Shown: in pieces, positions 52,472-64,000 of the stretch | How positions within the stretch are numbered: the first letter of the stretch is position 1 | Layout: every line of letters starts with the position of its first letter | NCBI RefSeq assembly: GCF_009914755.1 | Contig: NC_060925.1 | DNA from: the human T2T-CHM13v2.0 reference genome, Homo sapiens | DNA: 64,000 bases | Strand: one strand, 5' to 3' | Translations under genes and position numbers: made by a program | Notes under the pieces: model-generated | What the model was told of the DNA's origin: nothing | Database searches by the model: none | What the model saw: the letters and a program-made list of their open reading frames with translations, nothing else

Positions 52472-52758
52472 TTTTTTTTTGAGACGGAGTCTCACTGTCT
52501 CCCAGGCTGGAGTGCAGTAGTGCGATCTCGGCTCACTGCAACATTGCCTCCCGGGTTCAAGCGATTCTCTTGTCTCAGCCTCCCAAGTAGCTGGGAGTAC
52601 AGGCACATACCACGATGCCCATCTAATTTTTGCATTTTTAGTAGAGATGGGGTTTCACCATTTGGCCAAGCTGGTCTGGAACTCCTCACCTCAAGTGATC
52701 TGCCCACCTCAGCCTCCCAAAGTGCTGGGATTACAGGCGTGAGCCACCATGCCCAGCC
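52472..52758 (-). mobile_element. AluS
   Basis: Full antisense dimer. Confidence 0.95.
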
Positions 52759-54289
52759 ATGATTAAATTTTTCTTGTCTGCTTTACAGGGTTGTTCTATG
52801 ACTCAAATAATATTAAGGTTTTGGAAATGATTTGTAAATCACACAGATCTCTATTGCAGAATTAAAGGATTCACACCATTATCCTTAAAGGTTACTTGCC
52901 CCTATCATATCCATAGCTACTAAAACTATCACCTTAAAAACACGATTTCCCAAGCTCACTCCCTGCTTCAGAAGTGAACATGGATCTCAATGGCACAAGA
53001 TTTAAATCAGAGCATCCCCGGTCTGACTTCTAGGAGCTTTCTCAATGCCGAACTTGATCTTGTCTTTGTTGCTGCAAACCATGCTTCTCATTGACCTTTG
53101 ATGCAAACTCTACCCCAACAAAGTAAATCTTCACATCATTGGCACATATACTGTAGGTTTTATATTCTGGAACTTTCTATATGCTTTCCCTCATATACGA
53201 CATTCCAGCCCACCTAAAAATGCAGATCACTTCTAATGCTTCATTTAATATCATTTCCATCAAACAGCTGCATGCTGGGAAAAATTCAGAGCTAGTTTTA
53301 TACATGATAATTACATGACATGTCACTTAAATTTACACCCGTCTTCTGATTTTTCTTTTGCAAACTTTTGTCTTCATTCGCTAACTCTTTTTCTAAAATG
53401 GTTAAAAATAGATTTTGGAAAACATTGGACATGAATGTCATTTGTTGTGTATGAATTTGCTAAGAAATAGGGTGTACCACAGCTGTTATTTTTTCCACAT
53501 AGCCTACTCAATCTGTCACACATTTACTGTGTTTTATAAATATGTGACATATTTGGAAATATATTGTTCACATATCTTGCATGTTTTCTATTCAAGGCAT
53601 GCTAAAAATATAGTATCAGTTTGTCAACACGGCTTTTAAAAACAAGAGCCCCTCATTTAAAAATTCCAAGACAGTCCATAGTTCAGACCAAGCAGTTCTT
53701 ACGCTTTCTGTTTCTTACCTTGCCATGTTTATATGAGTCCCTGTCTCATATAAGTTGTATGTTAAGCATCTCAAATGCAAAAATATCAGATGTGTGACTC
53801 AAAAGCAAGGTGGTTTTCTCAAACTGCTTCATGTTCTAGAATGCATGTTTAACTTGATGCAGGAATACAAGAGAAAGAATGCAGTTTCTCTCTCTCTTAA
53901 GTGAATGTTCTTTCTGAAGAGTCAGCAACATCACCGTGGGATAGCGGTGTTGGGATGTCTCCATTAACCTAAAGCTTTGAGGTGTGCAAATCATAAACCG
54001 AGCTGGCTTCCGTATCATTTTAAACCCTTGTTATCTTTTCACGACAACAGCCCCAGTGTGACATTTAAATAATGTTGTTTCCTGGAGAATTTAGAACCCA
54101 AGCATAGCCTTGTCGATAATGGCAGCTTGGAGGGAACTGAGGAGAGGGTAGGACATGGGGAGGGTAGAATTTCCCTAACTGTTTTTTTAAAAAAACAAAA
54201 ACAAACTTAATTGCTGTTTCTAAGTTAAAAAAAAAAAAAGGCAATGATTAAACAAGGAAAATGAGTGGTGAGTCAATATTCTCCAATTC

Positions 54290-54295
54290 TTTATT
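54290..54295 (-). terminator. Candidate poly(A) signal AATAAA
   Basis: TTTATT on plus. Downstream on minus: CA dinucleotides near 54270, then TTTCCTTGTTT and a T12 run. Confidence 0.45.
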
Positions 54296-55440
54296 TGTTA
54301 AATTATTTTCATTTTTATAAAGTACATCTGTCAGTTTCTTTTAAGTAAGGGCAAAATTATCCTAAGAAATCCGTAGTGTAGATCTCACATTTTTAACAGA
54401 AATAACCATTGCAATGACAGCCACTGTTATTACACTGTTATTATTTATTTCATGTGTATTTCCTGCATTAATCTGATCTTAACACATTATCGGTAGAGTC
54501 TCTCCTTGCAGGAGGGAAGCCTGCTCAGTGGGAGATGGATCTACAAAGCTCTCTCCCAGCCTGGACTGGAGCTGCATGGCTGCCTTCCTTCTGTGCGGCT
54601 GCACGCCCCGGCTAACTGAGAGGGAATTCTCACGTGACCGAAGATGGCCCCAGACTTCCCACTATCTCACTTCCTTTGTGTTCCTTGCAGAGACACACAG
54701 GGGACTGTGGAAGTCAGCTGTGGAGGACGCTTGAGAGATTTTTGACCCAGAACTCAACTTTGGGGTAAAACTGAGAAGAACGTTGGAGGGGTCTCTTTCC
54801 CCTCGAATGTGTGCATAGAAAATGCAATTTTCCATTGTGCTGGAGAGACTTGGACTGTCTCTCAAGAAGGTCTTACAGTGATCATTAGAACAAAAAGGCA
54901 TCTCTTGGCTATGTGATCACGCATTTACCTCATGAGATAGCAGCATATTATTAACCACCATCTCCTTAGCAATCCGGGCCAGGACAATAAGACTTTTGTA
55001 CCCACAGTTTGTCCTCTCCAAGCCCTCTCAGCCCATCATCTCATTCTGCCTGCTCAGCAGCCCTGTAAGGGAGGACAGGAACTACTTCTCCCACTTTCTA
55101 GATAGGAAAAGGTCACCCAGCTTGTATAGGAGGAAGTGGAAGTTGAACTTAGATGTCCCAGCTCATTTTTTCTTTCTTTTAGCCTGTGTGCTCTCGTGAT
55201 TGATACCTACCCACGCTTCTCTCTACCTCAACCCATTAAGACATATTGAGGGGTAAAAAATGACCTTTTTCAGAGTGTGCTCTGCAAGAAACTTTGTGTC
55301 TTAACAATATTAATTCGTTTCCAATCACTAAATTCTCCGTACCAATCAGTTATTTTTCTGCTGTGTGCCTATTTCTCTGCTAAGCATAATGACTGAACAA
55401 AAAATATGTATGACAACATGTCTATCCACAAGTAGCTTAT

Positions 55441-56015
55441 TCTGGTTGCCAGAATTCTAAGATGACCCCTGATGTCCCATGCCCTTGTGTAATCCCCTCC
55501 CCTTGAGTGGTAGCAGGACCTTAATTTGCTTCTAGCCAATAGTATATGGCAAAAGTGATGGGATATTGCCCCCGTGATGATGTCACATTATCAGGCAAAG
55601 GTGAGGGGATTTTTGCAGATGTAATTAGGATCTCTAATGAGTTGACTGTAAGTTAGTCAAAAGAGAGATTATCCTGGGTGGGTCTGCCCTAATCAGATGA
55701 GCCATTTAAAAGAAGATCGAGAGGTCAGACACTAAAAGCAGCAGATTCACTCTCTCCCTTGCTGGCCTTGAAAAAGCAAGCTGCCATGAGATCCGTAGCT
55801 TGAAAGAAATGAATTCTGCCCTGTGACCTGGAGTGAGGACCCTGAGCCTCAGATGAGACCCCAGCCCCAGCTGAAACGCTGATGGAGTCTTGTAAGAGAC
55901 CCTGAGCAGACGACCCAGTCACTCGTCCCCACACTCGTGGCCCATGGAAGCTGTGAGTAAATGTGTGGTATTTTAAACTGCTAAATGTATGACAATTTGT
56001 TACACAGCAATGACG
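55441..56015 (+). mobile_element. MLT1E-like LTR
   Basis: 'cagaattctaagatgacccc...taatcccctccccttgagtg...ttttgcagatgtaatta..gagattatcctgggtggg'. Confidence 0.82.
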
Positions 56016-56602
56016 ATCTAGGAGGGGGGGGCTATTAGCAAGTGTTCATAAAATCTAAGATTTGTAAAAAAAAAAAAAAAAGAGGTTTTTTTTTTTTAGC
56101 TTCTTGGAATATTACATAAATAAGATGCAGAGGTGATATGTAACACTAATAACTACACTGGTTAGTAGGTAGCAGGAAAACCAGTCTTGCCATTTGGAAA
56201 CAATAGTGAGAGCTGTATTTTCTTCCTCTTTCTCTCCCTGCCTCACACATACAGTTGCCCAAACCATTGCTAATAGGCAGGTCCTATTGCTAACATCAGC
56301 AATCATATTTAGACACATCAGATAGCTATTCCAAGGAGGCATTTTTAATTTCTCTCCCAGCTAAAGCTGTCACCTTGGACAGGAAGCGGTGGGTTCTGTG
56401 CAAAACCACAGGAAAAACTTTCCCTAGAACACTGGATTTCAAGAGATGCCTATGCCCTTTCTAAGCTTGTAGACACTTTAAAGCAGTGCTGAAAACTGTG
56501 CCTGGCACTTAATGGGGACACAGTAAGCGCTCAGCAAATATGGAATATGCACAAGTAGCATCAGCTTTTGAAAATGCTCTTTGCTTTATAATGTCAGAAG
56601 AA

Positions 56603-56935
<333 letters not shown>

Positions 56936-57759
56936 TAAAATATCAGACGAAATGGTCAGTGTATTAAACACTTATCAATGGATTCGACCCTAAAGCTTAA
57001 CTTTTAGTGATTCTTTCTAATATTAGCTTTATTAACCAAAGTGTGGGATTTTCCGGTTGCTCTTTTGACGGCTAGCTGATAGGATGAGGTAGGGGCAGGG
57101 ACAGGAGAGAGTTGGGTGGGGGCAATGAAAGCCCTGGCCTGGCGGACATAGTTTCAGTCTGCTCTGCAGAAGTTAAAGTACGCCTGGGAAGACAAGGCAG
57201 ATAACGTAGCACGCAACTGAGCTCATGAGTGGAGGAGAGAAAAGAGAAAATGTGTCTCTGTGGGTAACCCCTGGGGGAGCCCATTTTGCAGTAAATGCAG
57301 AAACAGTATTATTAAGTCAGGATGAGCGTAAGAAGGACTGCCAGAAATAGACCCCGCCCCCACCCCCCGCACCGCCCCAGGTCACTGCACCTGCCCAAAC
57401 CTTGATTCTCTCCCTTGAAAAACAGGGACGATGATAGCACCTCCCTCAGCGGGCTGCTGTGGTGAGGATTCAGCAAGATAATCCACGAGGCTTCCAGGAG
57501 ATGAAGGATGCTCAGTAAATATTTGTGATGATTATTCACAGAGATGAACCTAAAAGCTAAATGCCACGAGTGACTGGCTGGATGTTACAATGTCTGGGGA
57601 ATGCTTCGCAGCCTGACCCTTATTCCAGAAAGTTCTGTGAGTATCCTCATGACCTCACTGAACGTCAGCGCCGACTGCTCTTACTTAACAGGGGAGAGCC
57701 ACAGACTCTGCAGTGCGTGGCAGGCAGGGCCTGTCACTGTCGACTGTTGTCGCTGTGGC

Positions 57760-58200
57760 TGTAGCAGTGGAGGTGGCCGGGCCTTCTTTCCCACCTCCCC
57801 TTCTTCCCCATGGTCAGCCCCGCTCCCAGGCTCCATCTGTGCCCCTGCAGCTCCCCAGCGGTGGCCTTTTTGTTCTGTGCTTCCTCGGCGGCTGGGACTC
57901 ACCCTGATTTAAAAGCTCCAGACGTGTTCTCGGCAGCCCGGGAGCACAGGAGTCAAAGCAAGACCAGGAGCGGGTTGCTGAGAGGACGCCACGCTGACTG
58001 GGGATCGAGAGGGTGGCTTCCTTCAAACAGAGAAAGGAAAAAGCCCCTTGAACCAATCTGAATGTAAAATCCAAAAGCTATGGCCACCGCGAGGAAAACA
58101 ACAGTCATGATGCGGGCCAGGAGGCCGTCGCCGTGGGAATGCAGTCGGCCCTGCGCATGTGGTGTCTGAGCAGGGCCCGAGACCTTCCAGGGAGGGGAGA
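57760..58200 (-). promoter_or_regulatory. Weak CpG-rich promoter/enhancer
   Basis: Local CpG enrichment in unique sequence; TGCGCATG (NRF1-like) at 58152-58159. Confidence 0.55.
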
Positions 58201-58559
58201 AATACTTTTTGGCTGACTCTCCTGACTCTGTGTTTCCTACAATTCTACAACAAAGATCCAGGAACATGAGAAAAGGAAAATGAGAAAATGAGTCCTGTGA
58301 TCCAAATTTAAGCCAAGAACAGGACAGGCAATGTGAGCCAAATAGAAATGAGGCCAAGAGTGCTTTCTTGGGGCCCCAGCTTTTTTTTTTCTTTTTTCGA
58401 ATGCCCAAACCTGTTTAACTGCTTAGTGTGAACTCTAGTTCTGGGATACAGTTCACTATGGGAAAGGAAATTTAATTAGCACTGGCGACCTCACCTTCAT
58501 TCTTAGGTCAATACAGTAAACTGGCATATGAATAGTGATTTCTACCAATTGATTCCTGA

Positions 58560-58614
58560 AGGAAAAGAGAGAGAAAAGGAGAGAGGAAGACACACACACC
58601 TACACACACACACA

Positions 58615-58653
<39 letters not shown>

Positions 58654-58840
58654 ACAGAGAGAGACAATGAGGCACAGAGAAACAGGCAGAGACAGAGAGA
58701 CAGAGAGACAGAGAGAGGGGAAGAGAGACAGAGAAACAGAGACAGAAAGAAAGAGACAGACAGAGAAAGAGAGACAGAGAGGCAGAGAGAGACAGAGAAG
58801 CAGAGACAGAAAGTCAGACAGAGAAAGAAAGAGAGGAACA
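58560..58840. repeat. (CA)n plus (GAGACA)n/GA-rich tract
   Basis: Read directly. Confidence 0.95.
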
Positions 58841-61115
58841 AGTGACATACTTTAAAAATTATTCTTGAGAGAGGTCAACCTGCATCAGCTGCAGAAATCA
58901 ACAATCACTTGGCATTGTCAGCTGTAATACATTCCCACATTGCATTCTGCACGGGCATTGACTATCTTGACCCACACTCTCTATATCATGTTCACAGTAA
59001 CGTAAGTGGTCAGATTTCTACAATTAGGCCTTGCAAGATAATAATGACAAGCCGTATTCGTATATTGCTTTACTGTTTGCAAAGCAGTTGCATAATTATC
59101 ATTACGTTTGGTTCCTCATGACTGTGCTGTGAGGAAGGCGTTCCTGTTCCCATTTTAGAAGTGAGGACACAAAGTTACAAGTGTCCAAGCCAGAACCTGA
59201 TGCCAAATCCCATGACATTTCTGCCGTACTGGGCTCTGCCATGCCCTGGGAGGATGGCCACCTGCAAACACAACCTTTCTCCTAACAGAGAGAGAAACTG
59301 AGACGCAAGCTCGAGTAGCAACTTGATGGAATGGCACAGTGGGGACCACTAGCTCTTAGAATACGTCAATTTTGATTGGCTGAAATTGACAGGAGTATCT
59401 AAGACAAAAGATACTCCAGAAAATAAAGGGATCGGGGAGGGATGATGGAGAAGTGACCTTACGGTTATCATGAAAAGGGCTGTGTGTCAAGACAGCATTA
59501 CACCTAGTGGGAATTGGAAGGATTTAGCTGTACTTTATGTCTCAGAATGTGCTAATGTGATTACCTCATATTAGCTATTATGTGTGCCCTATGAATAATG
59601 TCATCCCAGTGCTTCTGGAGAATAGGAGTGGAGCTGCAGGCCCTTCAAAACAATCCTAGGCAGAGTCTGAGTAATCCTGCACATCTGAATCACCAGCAAA
59701 AGACAAGTTTCAATTTGGATTCAGAAAATACATGATGCAAACCTTTCTCAGCCCTGGAAGGGAGGGAAGGCATGGGAAGAAGCAGGATTGGACTGGAAGG
59801 ACTGGCTGTCTTTCCTGCGTGCTCTCCCTTTGACCTGCTTGGCACACCCTGCTTCCAAAATGGCCCATGTGGTTGACAGTCTGCAGGGATGTGAATAGAA
59901 ACCCAAGACGTCGGGCTCGGTGCATCTCGAAGCAGGGCCGCAGTCTTAAGCACAAGACAGGCACATTCCGCTCACAGCATTTCTTTCTAGTCTGAGCAAA
60001 ATCTTCCCACAAGGCCAAAATCCCAACGGCTGGACATGAACAGGGCGTATATGTTTTTCCCCTTCCAAGCTCTTTTGTTGCATTTTATTGTTTTTCCTAC
60101 CTAGATATTAGGCTGTCTTCTTGATGCGAAACATCCTTCCTTTCTAGAATTTCCAGGAAGCACAATTGCCTCCCACATTTAGATTTAATGTAATTCAAAC
60201 CAAAGTTTGAGGCTATTTCTCCTAATTCAGGAAAAGCTGTGAGCTTGGCAACCCAAATGGAAAAAGACAGAAAAAAAAAAGGATGGTAGTGGATTTGGGG
60301 GTGTTTTTCTCATTTTTGGTTGTGTGTGTGGCGTTTCATAAAGCGTATAGGAGAATTAAGCTCAAAAAGCAACTGCTTGGAGAGATAGAAACTCTTGTAA
60401 TTCATGTTGTGCATAATGGATTTGGCAGGCCCAAGCACAGAAATTTCCAGAAGTGTTTGCGTGGCAGCAGTTCTTAGCCAACTCACATTTTTTAGCAGTT
60501 CTGGCCAGCTGCCCAGCCTGCAGAAAAAGTCTTGTATCTCCACAAGTTTGGCTGGCCTCACTGACGAGTTTCCAAACTGCATGGCAACATTGGATGAGCT
60601 GCTTTTCAAGTGCCAAAAAAACTCCTGCTACTTATATTGTTACTAAATACCAGATGTGCTTAATCAAGAGCGCGTGGGGCCAAACCTAGGGTAATCAAAT
60701 AACCTATCATTAACATTTTCTAAAAACAAAAAATGCAATTGGAACACCAGATTACTGTTTTTCTTTGTTTGCTTTTACGCCCTATTACTGGAACCCCTAG
60801 GGTGATATGAACAGGACACGGGTGGGGAGGCCGGCTCTGAAGACGCTGTTTACAATCACAACCCTGCACATCTGAAATATGTGTGAGAAAGTCAAGGCCT
60901 GCACAGATTTCCTCTGGGCTCCTCACAAGGACCCTGGCCCCTGGCGACTCCCGCCCTTCAGGGGAGGGGCCCTGCAGGCAGAGGCTCACACCGCACTGAA
61001 AAACACTGGAAGTTTGAGGTGCACTGGAGTTTGACCTTGAAAGAGGGAAATGCAGAAAGAGACAGCAGGGCAGCTTTGGGGACTTGGCAAATTAGCAAAT
61101 GTGCAAGAGTTGGAA

Positions 61116-61136
61116 GCTGCTGCTGCTGCTGCTGCT
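61116..61136. repeat. (GCT)7
   Basis: Read directly. Confidence 0.9.
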
Positions 61137-64000
61137 CGAAAAATACACAGAGATTCTGAAAGGCTGTAAGAGACAAGAGGATGCTGTGTGGCTTTGTTGG
61201 CGGCCCCAACTGGGCTCCGACTGGTAGATCTTGAAGTATTTCTTAATACAAAAATCTCCAATTCTATTTGGGTCCCTCTCATTGCTGTAATATAGATATT
61301 TTGTAAGTTTTCCGGGAATCCGATGGGAAAATAAATGTGGCTGGCAGATTCTCCCCCTTGCTCCATTCAAGGTCATTCCTGCTGTCTGGGCCTCCAGGGA
61401 CCTGCTTCTCCAAACCTCTGTGCCTCCCACCTCTCTAATCCCCTCTCCCCCAGACTCACAGTTCTAAAGAGATGAAAAGGACATCTTTCTTACCCCAGGG
61501 TTGCTGGGTGACCCTGATAGATAATGTGTGTTGGGGTGATTCGAGAGCGAGAGGGAATATTGCAAAATGAAATTCTATAGAAGGAGATGGAACCTGCAAC
61601 AAGAAATTTCAGAGTTAATGACTCTTCTGAAACTGTTTGTTATCTGCTTTAAGACAACCGTGTAAATAAAGGAATAAGAGACTCAACACTTCGAGAGTTG
61701 TTTTAAGAAACCTATTGCTAAAAATGTGTTATAATCCCACTGTACCTCGGATGCCATTGTGCCAAGCCAGACTCAGAGAGAGAAGATTTAGTGTTTCTCT
61801 GTTGCGTGGAGCCACTGGGGGGCTAAACTATGAGCTTGCTCTAATTAGCAAGGACATGCCTTGAAAATGTGTGATTTCAGCAGATGTGAATAGTAAAGTA
61901 ACGCGGGGCTGGTATCTACCACATCTTTTGAACTTATCTTCCTAACTATAGTCATGGGTTTTACACATCGGATGCATTCCTGAAAAATCGGGTGTGAATC
62001 CGTATACAAAGTGGGATTATGTTTGAAATGTTCTGGGGATGCTCTGGACTTAGAGGAAACATGTATCAGTGAAAAAGTCACAGGGAAAGTCATACCCATC
62101 CCCGATTCCTCTTTGTTGGGTTTGGACGGGCCCTCAAGCCCTGGCGGAGGTTAGCATAAGCTGCCCCTCACTTTCACTGCTGGGCCATTGAAAGGAAAGG
62201 GCTGGTCCCCGAGAAGGGTCAAGGCAGGGCTATTTTGTTCTCCAGCAGCAAAGCAAAGAATGCTGGAGGAAACCACCCAAGCGACAAGCTCTGCAGAGGG
62301 CAACTGGAGGCTGAGTCTAAAAACAAAAGTGGAGGAGCCCATCTCCTTGGAGCTGTTTATATTACATAACTCAAATAAACACAGCAGTTCAGGAACAGTT
62401 CCCTTGGCGAGGGCCAGGACCATGAGAGGCCGACAAAGGGCGTCTCCTTCAGCCACCCTGGTCAGAAATGGCTTCTTTAAAACAACAATAATAACAATAC
62501 ACAGGGACTTGCCAGTCCAATTCAGCAGGGTGTCTTGAATACATCAGAGAGGAGTCGCTCTAATTAGGCCTTGTAAGGTCCCTTTATTTTCTCTAGCTAA
62601 GGAAATAAATCCTAATCAGAGAGCCCAGAAAGAAGCAAAACTGACACAGGAATGGCTATTCTCATGTGCAGAGTAGGGAAAGGAAGCCCTTCCAGTGGGT
62701 TTTCTCAGCACTCGAGAGCCGCTGTGAAGCTGGGCCAGTGCGACGACTGCTTCTTGGGCAATCGAGTAGTGGCTGGCTTTCTGTGACTTCAGCTCCTCTT
62801 CAGTTCAGAGCGATGCAGGGGCCGCCAGCCTTCTGGGAAGCATTGGGCAGTTTACATGGAGTCTGTGTGAAGAATAATAATTTAAAACAAACAAACAAAC
62901 AAACAAACAAAAATGGTTACTAACTCAGTAAATGACCTCAGGCCTGCAGGCCCAAAGTCTGAACAAAATCAATCTTGAATTGAGAGCAAGGCAAGAACCT
63001 ACTGAAACCTTTTTCATCAGTGCCCCTAAGTCTCCAGGGACAGCAACCCCTATCATATACCAGGGGCCGAGAATAGAAATAAAAATTGTGAACACAATCC
63101 TGAGCATGGGCTGATGGTACTAGCTGCCAACAACTGCCCCATTAGTAGGCTATGGGTACGTGCTAGGGAACATTTTCTCTACGAGGCTTGCATTTAAAAA
63201 TATATCTTTCTTCAAAGCTGGCCCGGGGAGTGGATGGCGAGGAAGAAGCCTTCTTTCTCCGTGCTTATTGGGCGCTAATTCATCCTGTGATTTGCTGCGG
63301 ATAGCTTACTTCTCTGAGCCTGCGTTTGCTGTGTGAGAATGACTGAGATCCTGTCTTTCAGCCAGTTAATGTTTTAGACAATTCCTGGATGAAAGCCACG
63401 CTCCAGAATTCGTCCCCCGCAGTGTGTTTCCTGGGTGCCCATGGGGCCAAGGAGGACAGAGGACGGTAGCTAAGGGTAACCCTCACTACTAAAGGCTCTC
63501 ACCTCTTCTTCCTCCTTGGATGTGTCCCTGAAGACATTTGTCTCTTGGTTTCTTTATTCTCAAAAGGAGGACAATTCCTACCCGCTCCCTAAGAATGTTT
63601 AGGAGTAATAGCTAACAGAAGTTATTTAAAAGTACCTGGCAAATAACATTCAGGACCAGGTGCTGAATGATCCCCTTCCTCACACCACCCTACCTAATGC
63701 ATTACCTATGTGCTCCCCTTTCAAATGCATTGCTGACAGACTGCCCTATGGGGTGTAAGGCTATTCTGTACAGAAGAGGTCTCTCGGGCTCCTCCAGAGA
63801 AGTTTGCTTTGCAGGAACCGCTGAAATCCTTACATGTCCAAACGCATGTTCTGGGTAGAAAAAAACAGGTGATGAGCTGTAAGGTAGAAGGCTGCCAGGA
63901 TCCACCCGTGGGCACCCAGGGTTTGGCACCCCTCTTTCCAGGGGGAAGCAAAAGTGAACCAATCAACACGACGAGGTCAAGTTCAAGTCTGCCTCAGTAA

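Noticed and set aside
58528-58855. ORFs rich in THTH/RERE/CVCV/SLSL (also at 489-912, 17392-17876, 22077-22442, 50292-50553)
   Set aside because: Microsatellite translations.
60958-61430. PolyQ/polyA/polyS-containing ORFs
   Set aside because: Produced by (GCT)7; no splice or homology support, and the repeat is short.

Overview
Human (or closely related great-ape) genomic DNA. The only protein-coding sequence I can support is coding exon 1 of TARBP1 (TRM3-type SPOUT tRNA Gm18 2'-O-methyltransferase; human 1q42.2) on the minus strand at 5505-4575, inside a CpG island. Positions 1-4574 are its intron 1. The other ~58 kb is upstream intergenic DNA packed with about 35 Alus, L1/HAL1/L2/MIR relics, LTRs (MER51A, MER41A, THE1, MER4, MER50, MLT1/2) and hAT DNA transposons (MER1B, MER30, MER58A, MER5A). 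A probable minus-strand lncRNA (CpG-rich start ~58.2 kb, strong donor at 57903, poly(A) signal at 54295) fits my recollection of LINC01354, and a transposon-poor, enhancer-like block fills 59-64 kb. All other ORFs in the track are Alu, microsatellite or GC-shadow artefacts. I found no new gene system. The most unusual structures are small fossils of templated rearrangement: a ~118-bp-arm inverted duplication at 34.7-35.3 kb, a 71-bp HERV-H-like mini-LTR with intact TSD, a ~125-bp dispersed duplication, and a duplication/deletion inside MER1B. Repeat family names come from recalled consensus sequences, not RepeatMasker, so subfamily calls and most repeat boundaries are approximate.
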